From positions 22,134,001 through 22,198,000 of the forward strand of contig NW_024704749.1 of assembly GCF_018977255.1 (NCBI RefSeq): a stretch of DNA of 64,000 bases, written 5' to 3'. The translations under genes and the position numbers were made by a program. Origin of the DNA: Callorhinchus milii (Eukaryota). Each line of letters opens with the position of its first letter. The first letter of the stretch is position 1. Positions 25,611-39,149 of this stretch are shown one piece after another. Below the pieces are notes generated by a model. The model ran no database searches and was not told where the DNA came from. It saw nothing but the letters and a program-made list of their open reading frames with translations.

Positions 25611-28010
25611 ATTGTATAAAATAATACTTCACAAATGTTTATCTTCAGCGGGTAAATGGTATAATACTGAGCCAAACAGACCAAAAAGATGTAATGTAAG
25701 ATTCTGGTGTGTTAGCTGATCACAGTCACAGCTTTGGCATTTCCCATTAAATCTGGAGAAGGGAAAACGTGAGCACACCTGATCTCTATCCAGTGACGAC
25801 CCCCTCACCCACTGGAAGGGAATCCAAGTGGACATTGGGTGAGAACAGGATCTGGTTGGGATGTGATGGCTCCCCTTGCCTCCCCTCTTTCACTGTCTTT
25901 TTCACACGCGGTTAGTTGGGTGAGGTGCTGGAAGAATTTGTCTGCCTGTGGAACCCTAGCTCTGCACGAGACACTGAGGGGCGAGAGAAACCGAGGCAGA
26001 GAGAGGACTGCCGAGTCCTTGAGCAATAAGCACCAAATGTTCCTTGTGGGGGAGCAGAGTTATTCTTTGCCACAAGTGTCCAATTGTGTTTGAATATGCA
26101 GGATGTTATACATGTAGGCCATTGAAGCCATCGAGCCTTAATTACTTTTGATGGATGTCGGAAATATTTGCAGGCGACGGCTGGGCCATTGCTAGCTATT
26201 GCCCAGAGAATTGGATGCTATATTGGAAATCCCTCAGGAATAAAATCTTGTTTTGCCCACTCTCAGCTCTCTAATTAAAGAGGAAACTCTGCTCCCCCCC
26301 CCCCCAACAAAGAATGATCTAAAAGCAGAAGCTGATGTTTGCAGCACATATTCACATATTGTCAGGTATATCCCTATGCTAAAGCCTTCCTTTTTTTTAC
26401 GCTTTGTTTCTGTGTCGAACGGGTGAAAATTTTCTGATGTGGTTTCCCTTTTTTTTAAATCGGACTTGTCACCATGTCACTTGTGGTTTTTGAGATTGTT
26501 CAGGAAATGAGTTGAGAAACAGTGAGAGGACATTTAGATGCGGGGAGTGAATAAAGGATCCGTGGTAACCAAAGAGCTGATCTGATAAATATCTGTGTCA
26601 AGTTAAATTCAGTAGTTCACAAATGACAAAGGCTTGTGATCCATTACTTGAGAGGCTATTTATCAGGTGGCACTTCTCAATACGTGTTTGCTTGGATTTG
26701 GAAAAGAAAACATAAAGAGCATATTTGCTGTGTATATAACCCCAGAATATTTGTCCAAAGAGCTCTGTTATGTTGCTCTGCCACAGCCCTGATCTACCTG
26801 CAGCCGTGTGAACTTCTAATGAGGTGAAAGGCCGCTGCCTGGAGGAGAAGAAATGGAGAACGGTTGCAGATCAGACGAGAAAAGGTCGCTAGGGGATGTG
26901 ATTAGAATTTAAAGAACCTGTGTCACATCCCTAGTTTTAGGCAGGATCCATCTGCTTAGAATTACCCTGTGTATTGGGCAGTCAGGTCCAAGAATAGCAC
27001 TCTCAATTCTACATGAAATATTCTGTGCTTAATGTGCACATACTTGGGGTTTTCTGCTTTTCTTTCCTTGGGAAGGGTAGGGCAGGGTTACATTCCGCAG
27101 TCTTAAAATTATGAACTGGTCGGAGCAGTAAGACCACTGTTTTTTTTAAATTCTGATTGCAGAACATTTGGAAAATTCTTAATTTGGAAGATGTTACTTA
27201 AAAACAAAAAAATCTGGAAAATTGTAGGCACACTGAAGAGAGAAAGGCAGCTTTTAGGAGTGATTTGAAGGCAGGAAAGAGAACACAAGATGGAGAGATT
27301 TGTGGAAAGAGATTTTGAGAGCTGGCGTAGTGGCTGAGCGCTTGGCCACCGATGGGAGGATGGCCCACACACAATAAGATCCTGCTCAGCACAACATGCA
27401 TGTATATATGCGGTTAAAATTGTGTGATGCATACAGAGTAAGGCAGCAGCTCGGTGCTATTGCAACAATTTAGGTCAATGTGTTTTGCTTGCGAGTGATG
27501 TTACACAGCGGAGACGAAGCCCCTCCCTGGCTCCACACCACCCCTCCCTCCCTCCCTCGCTCGAGCGAGCTTTCCGTATGTGGCTTTCAGCGTTATTCCA
27601 AATGAACTGGAGTTCAGAGAAATATGAATTCCATGTTTTTTAATCTAAAATGAAGCCTGGCCCATTAATCAGCTTGACGTTTGATTACAGGATAACAGAT
27701 ATTGAAGGATTTTTTTTCTCAATAAAATAGCATCCTCTGACTATATCTCCTAAAATCTCATTCCTACTCTCGTCATCATTATGAACTAACACAAGATGCG
27801 GTGGAAATAAAAAGACCCTTGGCTATGCACTGACTAATATTCTGGTCTACTGGGGCTACGGGAGAGGGTGGGAGATTCTCATCACATTGGATGAAGGTAT
27901 TGCTAAATTGCTCGTCCCTATAGCAACCGAGCTGACCACTCACCCAGAAGCCTGATCGCATGTGAGGGACCATTTGTTGAAATAATAATGTGAAATTATC
28001 CTCAATGCAG

Positions 28011-28109
28011 GTGACCACTTCATCCGGGAGTAAGTGCTTTTCGTGCCGTTCAGCGGCAGAAAGAGACAAGTGGATGGAGAATCTACGACGTGCTGTGCAG
28101 CCAAATAAG
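28011..28109 (+). CDS. DAB2IP: DAB2IP coding exon (end of PH domain; [33 protein letters not shown])
   Basis: atgcag| acceptor, aag|gtaatg donor, 99 nt, phase 0-0; not in ORF track, translated by hand. Confidence 0.96.
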
Positions 28110-29388
28110 GTAATGCATCCGCTATCGGGGTCAGGTGCCCTTTACAGCTAGCGCTGGGCTGTCAAAGAATTTACAGCACAGAAGTTGCCCATTTCTGTTG
28201 CATCCTTGCTGGTTCTCTGAATGCCATCCATTTACTCCCACTCTCCTGCTCTTCCTTTTATTGGTCTTACACTAATACTGAATGAAAAGTACTTTGGGCT
28301 GGGCAAGCGTAGCAGGCTATTTCACTCCCTGTCTCTCCAGAGCTCTGTAGACTGCTGCCTCTAAGCTCTCTTTATCCACCCTATCCGAAATAGTCAGCAG
28401 GACACACTCACGCTATTTACGTGAGGTTTTGAACGTGTACCTAGATTACTTTGAGCAGCCGCAGCAATAGCAGAAACGGTAATTGCTACACATGATCCAC
28501 CCCATCCTTCTGCCTTTGTTGCAGCCAATTAACATTAGATGTCAAAGCATTTAGTCAACAATTCACAGACTCAGTGTAAGATGCCTGGAGGCATGAACGT
28601 GATGTGATGGCCATCTCTCGTCATAGCATCTCGTCGCTGTGCCAGGGTTGGTTAAAAATCCAGAAGCAAAGAACCTCGGTGATCGTTCCTCTCATTTACC
28701 AACACATTCAGTTGCAGGTCCTGCTACCAAAGCAGTGTGTTTGAATAATTTCCTAAGGCAAAACAGCGCATTGAAAAAGCTCAATCTAAGTGCAATCATG
28801 TTAAAATGTATAAAAGTAATTGGATCAGTGCACCTACCTTCAGGGCTTGTTTCATTCCTCTCTCAGGAGCTCTTCTCTCCTCACAGCCCGTGCTGTGGTG
28901 GGGGTTGGGCTGTAAACATGTACCCAGACTTCATCAATGTCTCTATGCCCATTGCCAACTCTCCATTCAAATCAATTTACCCTCAATGTATGCCCTGCCC
29001 TGCAAACTGTAAACATTGCCCACAGGCCTTAAAGGCAGAATCAATTAGGATGTCTAAAAAACGGCAGTGGGAAATACGAGATATGGAAATGGATCATAAG
29101 ATCGAATAAATGGACTGAATGAGCGAAATGGCTCCTTCGCTTCCCATAACCAGCTTCATTTTTAAGAGCTATTTTGAAACCTTTGAATGTATTGGAGGTG
29201 TTGATAGATGACACTGGACACATTTTGTTTAAACTTAGGATGTTTTGTGGTGTTTGGTTTGCTGCTTCTGGAAATATATCTTGAAGAAATCAATTGATTT
29301 GAACCTGAAGCAACAAATCACAAGTCTGTGTAAAATCAATCTTGTAACTTCTCTAACCTTTGTTTGTCATTTTCCCTTAACTTTGTAG

Positions 29389-29943
29389 GATAACAGCAGG
29401 CGAGTGGAAAATGTGCTCAAACTGTGGATTATCGAAGCCAAGGATGTTCCAGCCAAGAAAAAGTACTTCTGTGAACTGTGTCTGGATGACACTCTGTACG
29501 CACGGACTACCTGCAAGCTGAAAACGGACAACGTCTTCTGGGGGGAGCACTTTGAGTTCAATAACCTGCCCGCCGTCAAAAACATCACCGTGCACTTGTA
29601 CAAAGAGACCGATAAAAAGAAGAAGAAAGATAAGAACAACTACGTGGGGCTGGTCAACATCCCCATAGCCACAGTGACTGGCCGGCAGTTCCTGGAGAAG
29701 TGGTATCCTGTCAGCATGCCCAACGCCAGCAAGGGCAAGGCTCCCGCTCCAATGATCAGGATCAAATCCCGCTACCAGAGCATGAACATCCTGCCCATGG
29801 AGCTGTACAAGGAGTTTGCCGAATACGTCACCAACAACTACATGCTGCTGTGCTCCATCCTGGAGCCCGTGCTGAGCGTGAAAAACAAGGAGGAGATGGC
29901 CTGCGCGTTGGTGCACATCTTGCAAAGCACGGGAAAGGCTAAG
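29389..29943 (+). CDS. DAB2IP: DAB2IP coding exon (C2 domain and start of GAP; [19 protein letters not shown]...LQSTGKAK)
   Basis: ttgtag| acceptor, aag|gtgagc donor, 555 nt; same frame as ORF 29404..29994; includes the basic DKKKKK patch of the C2 domain. Confidence 0.97.
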
Positions 29944-31398
29944 GTGAGCGACCGACTGCATCGGGGACCGTCTAGGCCTGGTCTTGAATCGTAGTAGTTT
30001 GGGTCAATGTTTGTTGAACAAAATGGGTAATCGACGAGTTTCTGAAGCAGCGCATGGTCTTGGGCTACCGTGGGATTCTCCCACTATCAGATTATTTCCT
30101 GTCAATTTGCCGACAATTGGGAGAAGCTTGTGCTGAGTGGTTTCAATATTTACATTGGGCTTAATTAGCATTTACTTCTAAGCTATCTGTCGTCTCAGTC
30201 ATGAGTTTGGACCTTCCCTGATTGCCTAACGACTATACAGCACGAGATTTTTTTTATCGCCAGATCTTTAGGTTTTTTTCACTGAAGACCGTACAGTTAT
30301 GTGATGAGGGGCAACGATTGCACATCAAAGCAAACACCATCTCGCCCGCACTGCCTTCCCAGTGACAGGCTTCATGTGACTACGGACCTTTGTAATGTCT
30401 GGCGTGGCTCGTTCTTTGGGTTGTCAGGTGTTGGTGAGAGCGTGCAGCATTCATCTCTGAATGAGATACATATTAGACGTTGTTATCATCTCTCAAAACA
30501 GATTGAGTGAGCATGTGAAACATAGAAAAATGTCCGTGAATCTTGGTGATGAGATAATCTTAGCAAAGAGATATGATCAATACCTTTACCAGTGAGCTGC
30601 ACTGCTGGTGTTACCATCAAAGACATTTAATGGTGATTATGGTGATTGTTCCAGTTATAGCCCTCAGTAATACCCCGAGAGCTTCAAAACAGGGCAGAAC
30701 ATGAGTGTATAATCCAAAGTATATTTCGTCTCAGACAAAACTCCTATTACTCAGCACGTTATTGTTATTCATTATTTCTAACTTCTCAGCATAATAGAAC
30801 TGAGACACTGGAACACTTAGGGGTTTTTTTGGAAACATGAATTCATTTGCTAGTTGTTTTGTTGAACGTGGGTTAACTAATTGGACTGTGAACACTTTGG
30901 GATTGGAGGCCCTCCTTTCATAACAGTAAGCAATTGTGTCACAAACTGCCCTGTGCAAAATCCTGCTGACATGTTGCAATTTGTAGAGAGATAGCTGGTG
31001 TTCAGGGCTCCGCTTGTGAATGATGGGTCACAATGTTATTCTGAACAGTATCACTGTTGCTGTGTCTGCAGGGTACACTTAGAACGGTTTAATGATGGGG
31101 AAGTTACCTGGGATAAATGAGGCATTACTTATCTGCTTGCTGCGGTTTACAGCAATACTGCTGCTGATGTTGCTGTGTAAAGCTTTAGCTCACTCTCCCA
31201 TTTTGTTATCTATATGACCCTATAGAAAGAAGGGCGATTTGGTTATGGTTGATGCGGTATGGAAATAAATGGTCCTGTTTAACCTTGTGCAGTAGCCTAT
31301 ACATCAAGCACCAGGCGTTTTATCTGTGGCACTTGCCCTGCGGCTCTCCCTGTGTCATTCGCCATTCGTAGCCAACCTGAAGTGAGTTACTTCAACAT

Positions 31399-31820
31399 CG
31401 GAGTCCTGTAGCTCAGTGCTTAGAGCGCTCGTCTCGCAAGCGAGAGGACCTGGGTTTGATTCCCGGGCAGGGCGAAATGTTAGGCAAGTTTCCTTACTCC
31501 ACACACCTCTGTTTACCTAGCAGCAAATGGGAACCCTGTTGTTAGTCAATTGGCAGATCAGTTTCCAGAGGTAATAACGTCTTAAAAGAAACTTTTTTCA
31601 AAAAGAATAATTTGCTCACCCAATCCGTGATTGTTTGTGGGACAATGGGCTGCCAGGTTTTGTCAACAAAATGTACAGTCAATTCATTTTACAGTTATTA
31701 TTTATTATTATTAATGCAGTATATTCCGTGAAGGGCTTTGAGACATCTCAAAGACGCAAGGGTTAATATTCAAGTGCAAGTATAATTATTATTATATCAA
31801 GTGTAAGGATTATTATTATT
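31399..31820 (+). mobile_element. DeuSINE, full length, degenerate tail
   Basis: ggagtcctgtagctcagtgcttagagcgc head through gtaaggattattattatt. Confidence 0.85.
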
Positions 31821-34479
31821 TTCCCGGTGCGAGTATTTCTAGAAATCTGCTGGAGAGTGGGTCTTGCTCCTTGTTGTTGACTGGTGGAATGAAGTGCCCC
31901 TTAGTGCATTGAGCTGGTCTGATGTATTCACAAGCGAACACAAGAGCTGAGAGATCGGGAGGCGAATAACCAGTGATTAGGTGGAATAGTTAAATGGTTT
32001 AGACTTTGAGAGGCAAAGATATTGAGGATGGACACACATCTTCCTGCAGTACTCTCCTCTTTGATAAAAGACGCTAGATAAATCTTCTTAAGCTTGTTAT
32101 CTCCCCCCCCCCCCCCCCCCCCCACTGTGAAAATATTTGTGGTATAGTACTGGTGACATTTTGTTTTCTTAGATTTCACAATACAGGAAATGGTAGATGG
32201 GCTTAATACTGAAATAGCAATGGAGGGGCCGGGCGGACTTTAATACCGAAATAGCGATGGAGGGGATGGGTTTAATGTTGAGATAGTGATTGGTGGGGGG
32301 AGGTGAATGGGGCTTTTAAAATAGCAGTGATTTGTTAATTGGGAGCAGATTTGCAACAGGATTAAAGAATGAGGTTGTGAGCAAAACTGAGCACTTATAG
32401 CCCGAAGCCTTGCTGTAAAAATGTGATTAGATTTCACTTTCCATCTGTGTTGGTTTACAAAATTGCCTAAAATTTTATGAATTGCCGCCCGAGTGCAAAT
32501 AATAACTGCAATCAAGCATTCTGTCGCACTGAGCGGCCAGAAATGGGAGCAATAATACTCAAAGAAGCAAGACCTCATGTCTCGCACATTGTTTAAGAAG
32601 CCTTCAGCCCTGGGTTGTGATTGACCGGCTCGGCCATGGCAGGTTTGAGAGACGTTGAGTGAAAGGTTTAATTATGTTAATATCTAACCCAGTGGGAAAT
32701 GTAATTACAGGTTAACATTCGCACTAATGCCGTCACCGTAAGATGCCATGAAACAGTCTTGTCTCATCATTTCAGTGGGAAAATTATTCATTAATCTACT
32801 TAGTATGATTCTCGTGCTCAGGTTCAGCATAATTCACGTTCCGGTGAAGTCAGATAATATAGTTTCAGTGTCATACGCCTGCTTCTGCAAGTAGCTCATT
32901 TTCCTCGCTACCATTAAAAATAACACACGTTACCAGTAATTCTAACGCTCATCTACAGTAGTTCAGCAATAGAGTGGATTCGGAAAGGCTTTGGTGAAAG
33001 ACGACTGTGAGGCGGTAGCTCGATTAGGAAGTGGAGAGAATATTTGTGCGCGATAATGAAGTGCTTTCAGAGCTGGACCAAAGCGAGAGTGAGTTAGCAC
33101 AGGGGTCAGTGACTGCTAATTAAGGGGAAGTGAGCAAGCCTTCAGGGTATGAAAGGTAAAAGTACAATGGAGGGACAAGGTTAAAGTATCATTGTGGTGT
33201 CTATGAGCACTGACAGTCCAAATGTTAATTGTCTCGGTGCTAATTATCTGATAGCCAGAACCACAGGCTAATTAGATGTGGAATCTTCCATTTTATAGAG
33301 AGAGAGAGAGCATTTCCATCATCATTAGTTGCCCTTCAAAAGTACCAACAACTCATTGATGTGCAACTGGTGTAATGGAAAGTAAAAATCCCTGTGGCTT
33401 GTTTTACTAAAAAGCAAAGTTCTCATTTAGACTTCCCGCCAGTGATGTGTTTTGTGATCTTAACGTGTCACCCTTTAGTGAGACTTTCTTGACTCATGTG
33501 CCAACATACCTCTTATTTTAGAACGAGCCTGTCTCCTATTTCTTTCTTTTGTCTGCCAGATAAACAGCGGTGGCGACAGCGATATTGCCCTCGGTTTGTA
33601 CTGCTGCCAGCAAAACTCAGTTGCTAGTTTATTAACTATTAAAGAGTCAGCCACACAAGCAGCTCCTTCGTAACCTTAAGGAACAGTTTTCCCACATGCC
33701 CCAATCACAGCAGTGAGGCTCCAACGCATTCCATTCATAGGTTGGCCTAATTTATATAGTACTTGGCGAGTGAGTGTGCAAGGTGCAGTATAGACACAGC
33801 CCAAAGCTATTACAGTCATTAATTCCCCAGTTCTAAGCTCAGGAATTCTACAAATTATTTGCCGTTTTTGAAATTAGCTGGTTGTTTTTCTACACAATTA
33901 AATATAATAAGCCTAGCACAGCCATTTCTCCACAATCTAAAGATCTGAATTCAGAGACAATCCAAAGTAATCCTTCTGCATGTCCCCCGTCACAGTGTTT
34001 CTGCTGCTTCTAGGTTAAAGTCCGAGACTGTGGTGTTATTGGAGCAAATTGCAACCAGGCTGTTCATTCATCCCTGACGTTATTATATAAGTAGAGAGGA
34101 GCTCTGAGCCCCCAGCTCAATTGAAAGGAACTCCCCCTCCCACTGATTATGAAAATGGTTTCCTTGCTGTGCTGAACCAGGGCTCCTGGCCACATCTCTC
34201 GTGGGTTGTCTGGATTAGACACGTGAACTGTAGAAACATCAAATGAGAAATATCAGACAATGTTAAGGAAGCTAAAATCTTCCTCTGCTTTTGGTCAACA
34301 TCCTTTATTCCCCTTGCTTGGTGCTCTCTATTGTACATGTAAAGCACTTTTGAGGCATTCATGCATTGTGAAATGCAATGTACAAGGGCAAGTTGTAACG
34401 GCTGAACTGAAAAATTGGTCTAACAATGTTTTGCGGGACTAAGTTGCACCATAATCAAGGTTGTAAATTCACTGGGGGA

Positions 34480-34800
34480 AAAAAAGAGGAGAGGGGATCT
34501 AATAGAGAGGTCTGTGAAAATCTGAAAGGTCTTGAGAAGGTAGATTATGAAAGATTATTCACATTAGTTGGTTAATCAGTAACAAAAGGATGTAAACTCT
34601 GTATTGTCGCTGGAGTGAGATCACAGAATGCTACAAGTGGTTACTGAGCCAGAGACAATGACATTTAAAGGTAAATTTTATAAGAGTGTAAAGAGGAAGA
34701 ATGTAGAAGGATTTGGGAAATAGCAGGAAATTGGGAATGGATGGTTCCGATGGGTGTCTGCCAGGCCAACTGACTTCCTTTTGTGCTTTGATTTCAATGA
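34480..34800 (+). mobile_element. Degraded CR1 3' fragment
   Basis: gagaggggatctaatagagagg (RGDLIE) and a CR1-like 3' end. Confidence 0.55.
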
Positions 34801-35459
34801 TTTGAAGACTCACATAACACTCATCCTGTTTTCAGCTCAAACCCTGCTAGCTCGCTGTTAAGTGGCCACAGGCCTACAGAGGTAATCTGCTCAGGTCTGC
34901 CTTCTGTTTTAGTATTCCTGCCTGGAACTCATGAAACCAACACTGCTGACAGTTTTAGCCGTGCTCGATTCTGAGCCCTACAGCAGTGCTCTGAAGCGAG
35001 CAGTTTACAACTTCCCTGCTTAGTGTCCCTCAGGATTTCACTTGGCAATTTCTCTGGGTTTTTTTTCCTTCTTCGATTCAAAGCCCGCAAGTGCCTGAAG
35101 AGACTGCTTTGTGTTAGAGAGGAGCCTTGACAGGTTGCATTGCTCCATGTGCTGCTTTATGAAACCAAGGCAGACCAGATTGACACGGAGATAGATGAGG
35201 TTGCTAGTTTTCGCCACTGTAAGTCACTCTATGAAATGCCTCATCTACTGAAGAGGTTTGGTGTGCTCGACACCCCAGGCTCTGTTTGTCGGGATAGAGA
35301 TTCAGCTCCAGCAAAACCGCAGGTGAAATTCCTCATTCTGAGGAGGTGTTTGAGGAACTGAAACATCAGGTTGAGCCCAGGACATTGGAGTCATTTACGC
35401 TAAGACTGTATATAAAACAATGTTAGGAAGGATGTGATCAAATCAACTGAAGGACTTTA

Positions 35460-35705
35460 AGAACATAAGAATTTGCTGGTGAAAGAAGACCAAGGTCCAT
35501 CTAGTTCACCTTCCACCATCCTGACAGTCGCATAAATCTACCTAACTTGTTCTTGAAACAAACGACTCTTTCTGCTTCCACCGTCTATCTCCCCAGGGAG
35601 CCTGTTCCGTATGTTTACTCCTCGCTCACTGAAGTAATGTTTCCGCAGGTTTGTTCTGAATTTACCCCCCATCAATCGCAGGCCGCGTCCTCTGGTTCTA
35701 CTGTT
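35460..35705 (-). mobile_element. CR1 LINE 3' end
   Basis: Starts aagaacataagaa (reverse terminal repeat); reverse complement of the element at 39150-39715. Confidence 0.72.
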
Positions 35706-35911
35706 CATTTTTAATCTAGTGTTCTTTGTTCATCTGAACCTCTCCTGTGACCTTATCCTTAAAGCTAGTACGATCAGTTCACTGGAGAGAGAGGAGGTGA
35801 GCTCGGGCTTTGGGAAGGAGAAACTACATGCGTGTAATGATGCAATGTCCACAGGTTGCTATCATGTACTGGAATCTGCTGAGCACTGACTTTCCTCGCT
35901 TTCCTTCACAG

Positions 35912-36056
35912 GATTTCCTGACTGACCTGATGATGTCAGAGGTGGACCGGTGTGGAGATAACGAACACCTAATTTTCCGGGAGAACACTTTAGCAACCAA
36001 AGCCATCGAGGAGTATCTCAAACTGGTTGGCCAAAAATATCTACAAGATGCACTGG
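35912..36056 (+). CDS. DAB2IP: DAB2IP coding exon (RasGAP; [48 protein letters not shown])
   Basis: tcacag| acceptor, g|gtacgt donor, 145 nt; contains the arginine-finger motif FRENTLATK. Confidence 0.97.
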
Positions 36057-36407
36057 GTACGTGCTTAATGGAGAGCGGCAAAAGTAGAAGAAATAAACTT
36101 GTAGCTCCATTGTGTTTTTTCCCCTCGTCCTGCCTTCAGTCTTTGGGGCAACTGTATGTACGTTGTACGTGCCTGAGCTGCTTCTGTGTGTTGTTGCATT
36201 TTGTGTCTCTTGGGAGTATCAGGGAAGATATTGTTCGAGGCTTGGCTCGAAGAACAGAGAGAAACTATAATGTTGTTTGGTTTAAAATCTTGGGCCTGAA
36301 ATTCCACCCAGTCTTAAACTTTAAGATGATACACAGTCAGGGGGGGGAAACATCTTAACTCAATTCTTCATTTGGAAGCTGTTTTTCTTAAAAGAACCGG
36401 CTTCCAA

Positions 36408-36560
36408 ATAATAATAATAATTCTTGCATTTAGTATAGCACGTATCACTTTGTTGAGACATCTCGAAACGCTTCACAGAATATACTGTAATGTGTATCGA
36501 CTGTGTATTTATGGATGAAACATGGCAGCCAATTGTGCACAGCAATGTCCCACAAACAGC
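36408..36560 (-). mobile_element. DeuSINE 3' half
   Basis: Reverse tail and core. Confidence 0.8.
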
Positions 36561-37126
36561 GCTAGAGACCTATAGCCAGGGAGCCTCACTGGCTGACCTC
36601 AAGTGGGGAGATATTAAAGAGTTGTTATGCACGTCTCATCGAGTCTGGCTTAGATTTGAACCGTTTGCAGTGAAGTTCCGTGCAGAAGGATCTGTTGCTC
36701 TAATGGTTTAATGGTAAACGATCGGGGTATACAGTACAGTACTTACATCAATAATGTAAGAAGCTCGTTTCACTTTTTGATCTATTTTGTTTCTGGGATG
36801 TCGTGGCCGCAGATGAGCTGCTGCCGCGTTTGCCTGCAGAACATCGATCACTTCGCTTCTAATCAATCTTTGTGAAGTGCCTTTGAGATGTTTATCTTAT
36901 GTGAAAGGTCCGGTATAAATGTAAGTTGTCTTTGGCGACTGATGCTTTTGAAACTTGTTAATGAAACGTTGCTTTTCGTGTGGATGTTTGCACGCAGGCA
37001 CAGAGATTTTGTTGCCTTTTCCCCATCGGTAAAAACCAATTGCCAGTTTCACATGATGTATGGACACATAATGCAATTCATGATTAGAGAAGGGCTTGAT
37101 TGNTTTTTTTTGATCAGCTGGGTGTC

Positions 37127-37300
37127 TGACACATGACGGAAACCCATCACCATACTTAAGAGTTTCCAAAACAAATTGAGAATTCCATGTATCCCACCTC
37201 CACATGGAACGTGAGAGGTTTGTTTTTTTAAGCGCTCCGAGATGCCGTCCAGAGTGAAGGCCGTGATATAAATGCAAGTTGTTGTTAGAATGGAATGCGT

Positions 37301-37342
<42 letters not shown>

Positions 37343-37911
37343 TCTCTCTCTCTCCTCTCTCTGCCTGGAGGGACACATCCTGCTTACCTAATTCCGGAAA
37401 GTAACAGTGCTTGAAAAGGTAGATTTGGTTTCTTCACGATCAAAGTTACATCTGCAAAAAATGTAGCCGTGGGATTTGGTGTGTAATTTCTCAATTCCAC
37501 TTCCAACAGGAGAATTCATCAAAGCTCTTTACGAGTCGGATGAGAATTGCGAGGTGGATCCGAGCAAGTGCTCACCAGGGGACCTAGTGGAACACCAGAG
37601 CAACCTGAAGATGTGCTGTGAACTGGCATTTTGCAAGATCATTAACTCTTACTGGTCAGTTAGTTTCCTGTCTCTGTGCAGATTGACATCTCTAACTCTT
37701 CTGCGTTTATTGTCATGTGTACTTGTGAGAGCTTTGTTTTGACACAGGCGGAAACCCATCACTGGTGCTTAAGAGTCTCCAAACCAAACTCAGAATTCCA
37801 TGCATCCCACCTACACATGAAAATCCCAGAGATAGATTGTTGGAGTGGAATACTCACTCTCTCTCTCTCTCTCTCCCCCCCTGGAGAGACGCACCATAAT
37901 TCCGGAAAGTA
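37127..37911 (+). repeat. Pair of direct repeats (37127-37403 and 37740-37911) flanking exon 37510-37654
   Basis: Both read tgacaca..ggaaacccatcac...cttaagagt.tccaaa.caaa..gaattccatg.atcccacct.cacatg...(ct)n...ctggag.gac...taattccggaaagt. Confidence 0.8.
37510..37654 (+). CDS. DAB2IP: DAB2IP coding exon (RasGAP; [21 protein letters not shown]...CKIINSY)
   Basis: caacag| acceptor, tg|gtcagt donor, 145 nt, phases match both neighbours. Confidence 0.96.
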
Positions 37912-38189
37912 TAAGGCGAGGTTGGCGAGAGCCAAGGCTTGTGGGGTTCAGCAACAAATGTGGGCTGTTTAGACTGGAAACCTGTATGCCGATTAGCAGA
38001 TCTTTGTTATAATCGTGAACATCAATTATTCTGTTTAATCTTTGTTGTGTTTTGGCAAATTCCTCATTTTGCATAACCAGCAGTTACAGGGATTAAGCAA
38101 AATGCTGCTAAAATACTTTCCATCTGTTTCCTGTTGCTGACTCACTGGTTAGGGGTAATCCTGCCTGTAAGAAACCAAACTTGGTGGAT

Positions 38190-38370
38190 CATAATAATAA
38201 TCCTTGCATTTGATGTAACGCCTTATCACGTCTTCGAGACGTCTCAAAGTGCTTCTCAGAATACACCGTAAAGTGAATTAATTGTACATTTTGTGGGCGA
38301 AACGCAGCAGCCAATTGCGCATAGCAGCGTCCCACAAACAGTCGTGGATTGAGTGGCCAATTTATTATTG
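38190..38370 (-). mobile_element. DeuSINE 3' half
   Basis: Reverse tail and core. Confidence 0.82.
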
Positions 38371-39149
38371 GTCGTCGTCGTCCCCCACTGTCCCTCTCCT
38401 GCTCTAATGACCTTGTCATGCAGACGATGTAAGGAGCAGGGCTCCAACATGATTCGTGCCAATTCAGATGCCTTGCACGATGAACAGATGAACTAATGCT
38501 GTAGCTTCTGTGAGAAACTCATTCATTTTTCCAATCTGACCCCAACCCCTGCCCCCGCATCGCCCCAAATTCAGATCCACAGCCACCCTTTGTATAGCAC
38601 ATCTTTTGCAACAGAAAGAGTAAAGCAGATACGTTCAGTGTACGATGTAAAGCGCATCTCTCTAAAAACTAGTTGGTTTCCTCAGTGGAGACACACATCA
38701 TTGCCAACTCTTCAGCTCTGCTGGGAGGTCACCGAGACTTCCCACGGCAGCTCTCAGGTTAACGCCCTCAGCCAGCAGAGATACAATACAACATCTGTTC
38801 GTACAAAAGAACCGCCTTTTTGTGACCCTTTTTTCGATATGGGAAAAGCTGACCCTTTTAAACTCTTTCACGGTATTGTGCTCTGGGACACTACCCTGCA
38901 CGAGGGGCGCTTTATAAATCCAAGTTGTTGTCATATTGAATTATCATAAGTCAAAGACAGTTTTGCCTTTTTTTAAAGCTTCATTCTTTGTTGTGTTTTG
39001 ATGATTGACAGCTTTTGGTAAGTGTGTTTCATGTAAAAGTGCCTGAAACTGCAGCAGAATGCAATCATCAGACATTGTGGTGCTGCCTGTCAGATTAGAG
39101 TAGTGGTTCTGCCGGTTTTAAACATGGTTTAACCCCCTCTGCTTCAGAT

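Noticed and set aside
29377-29961. 194-aa antisense ORF over the C2 exon (also 44191-44871 and 50323-50742)
   Set aside because: Shadow frames caused by high GC3 codon usage of the real exons; no recognisable protein.
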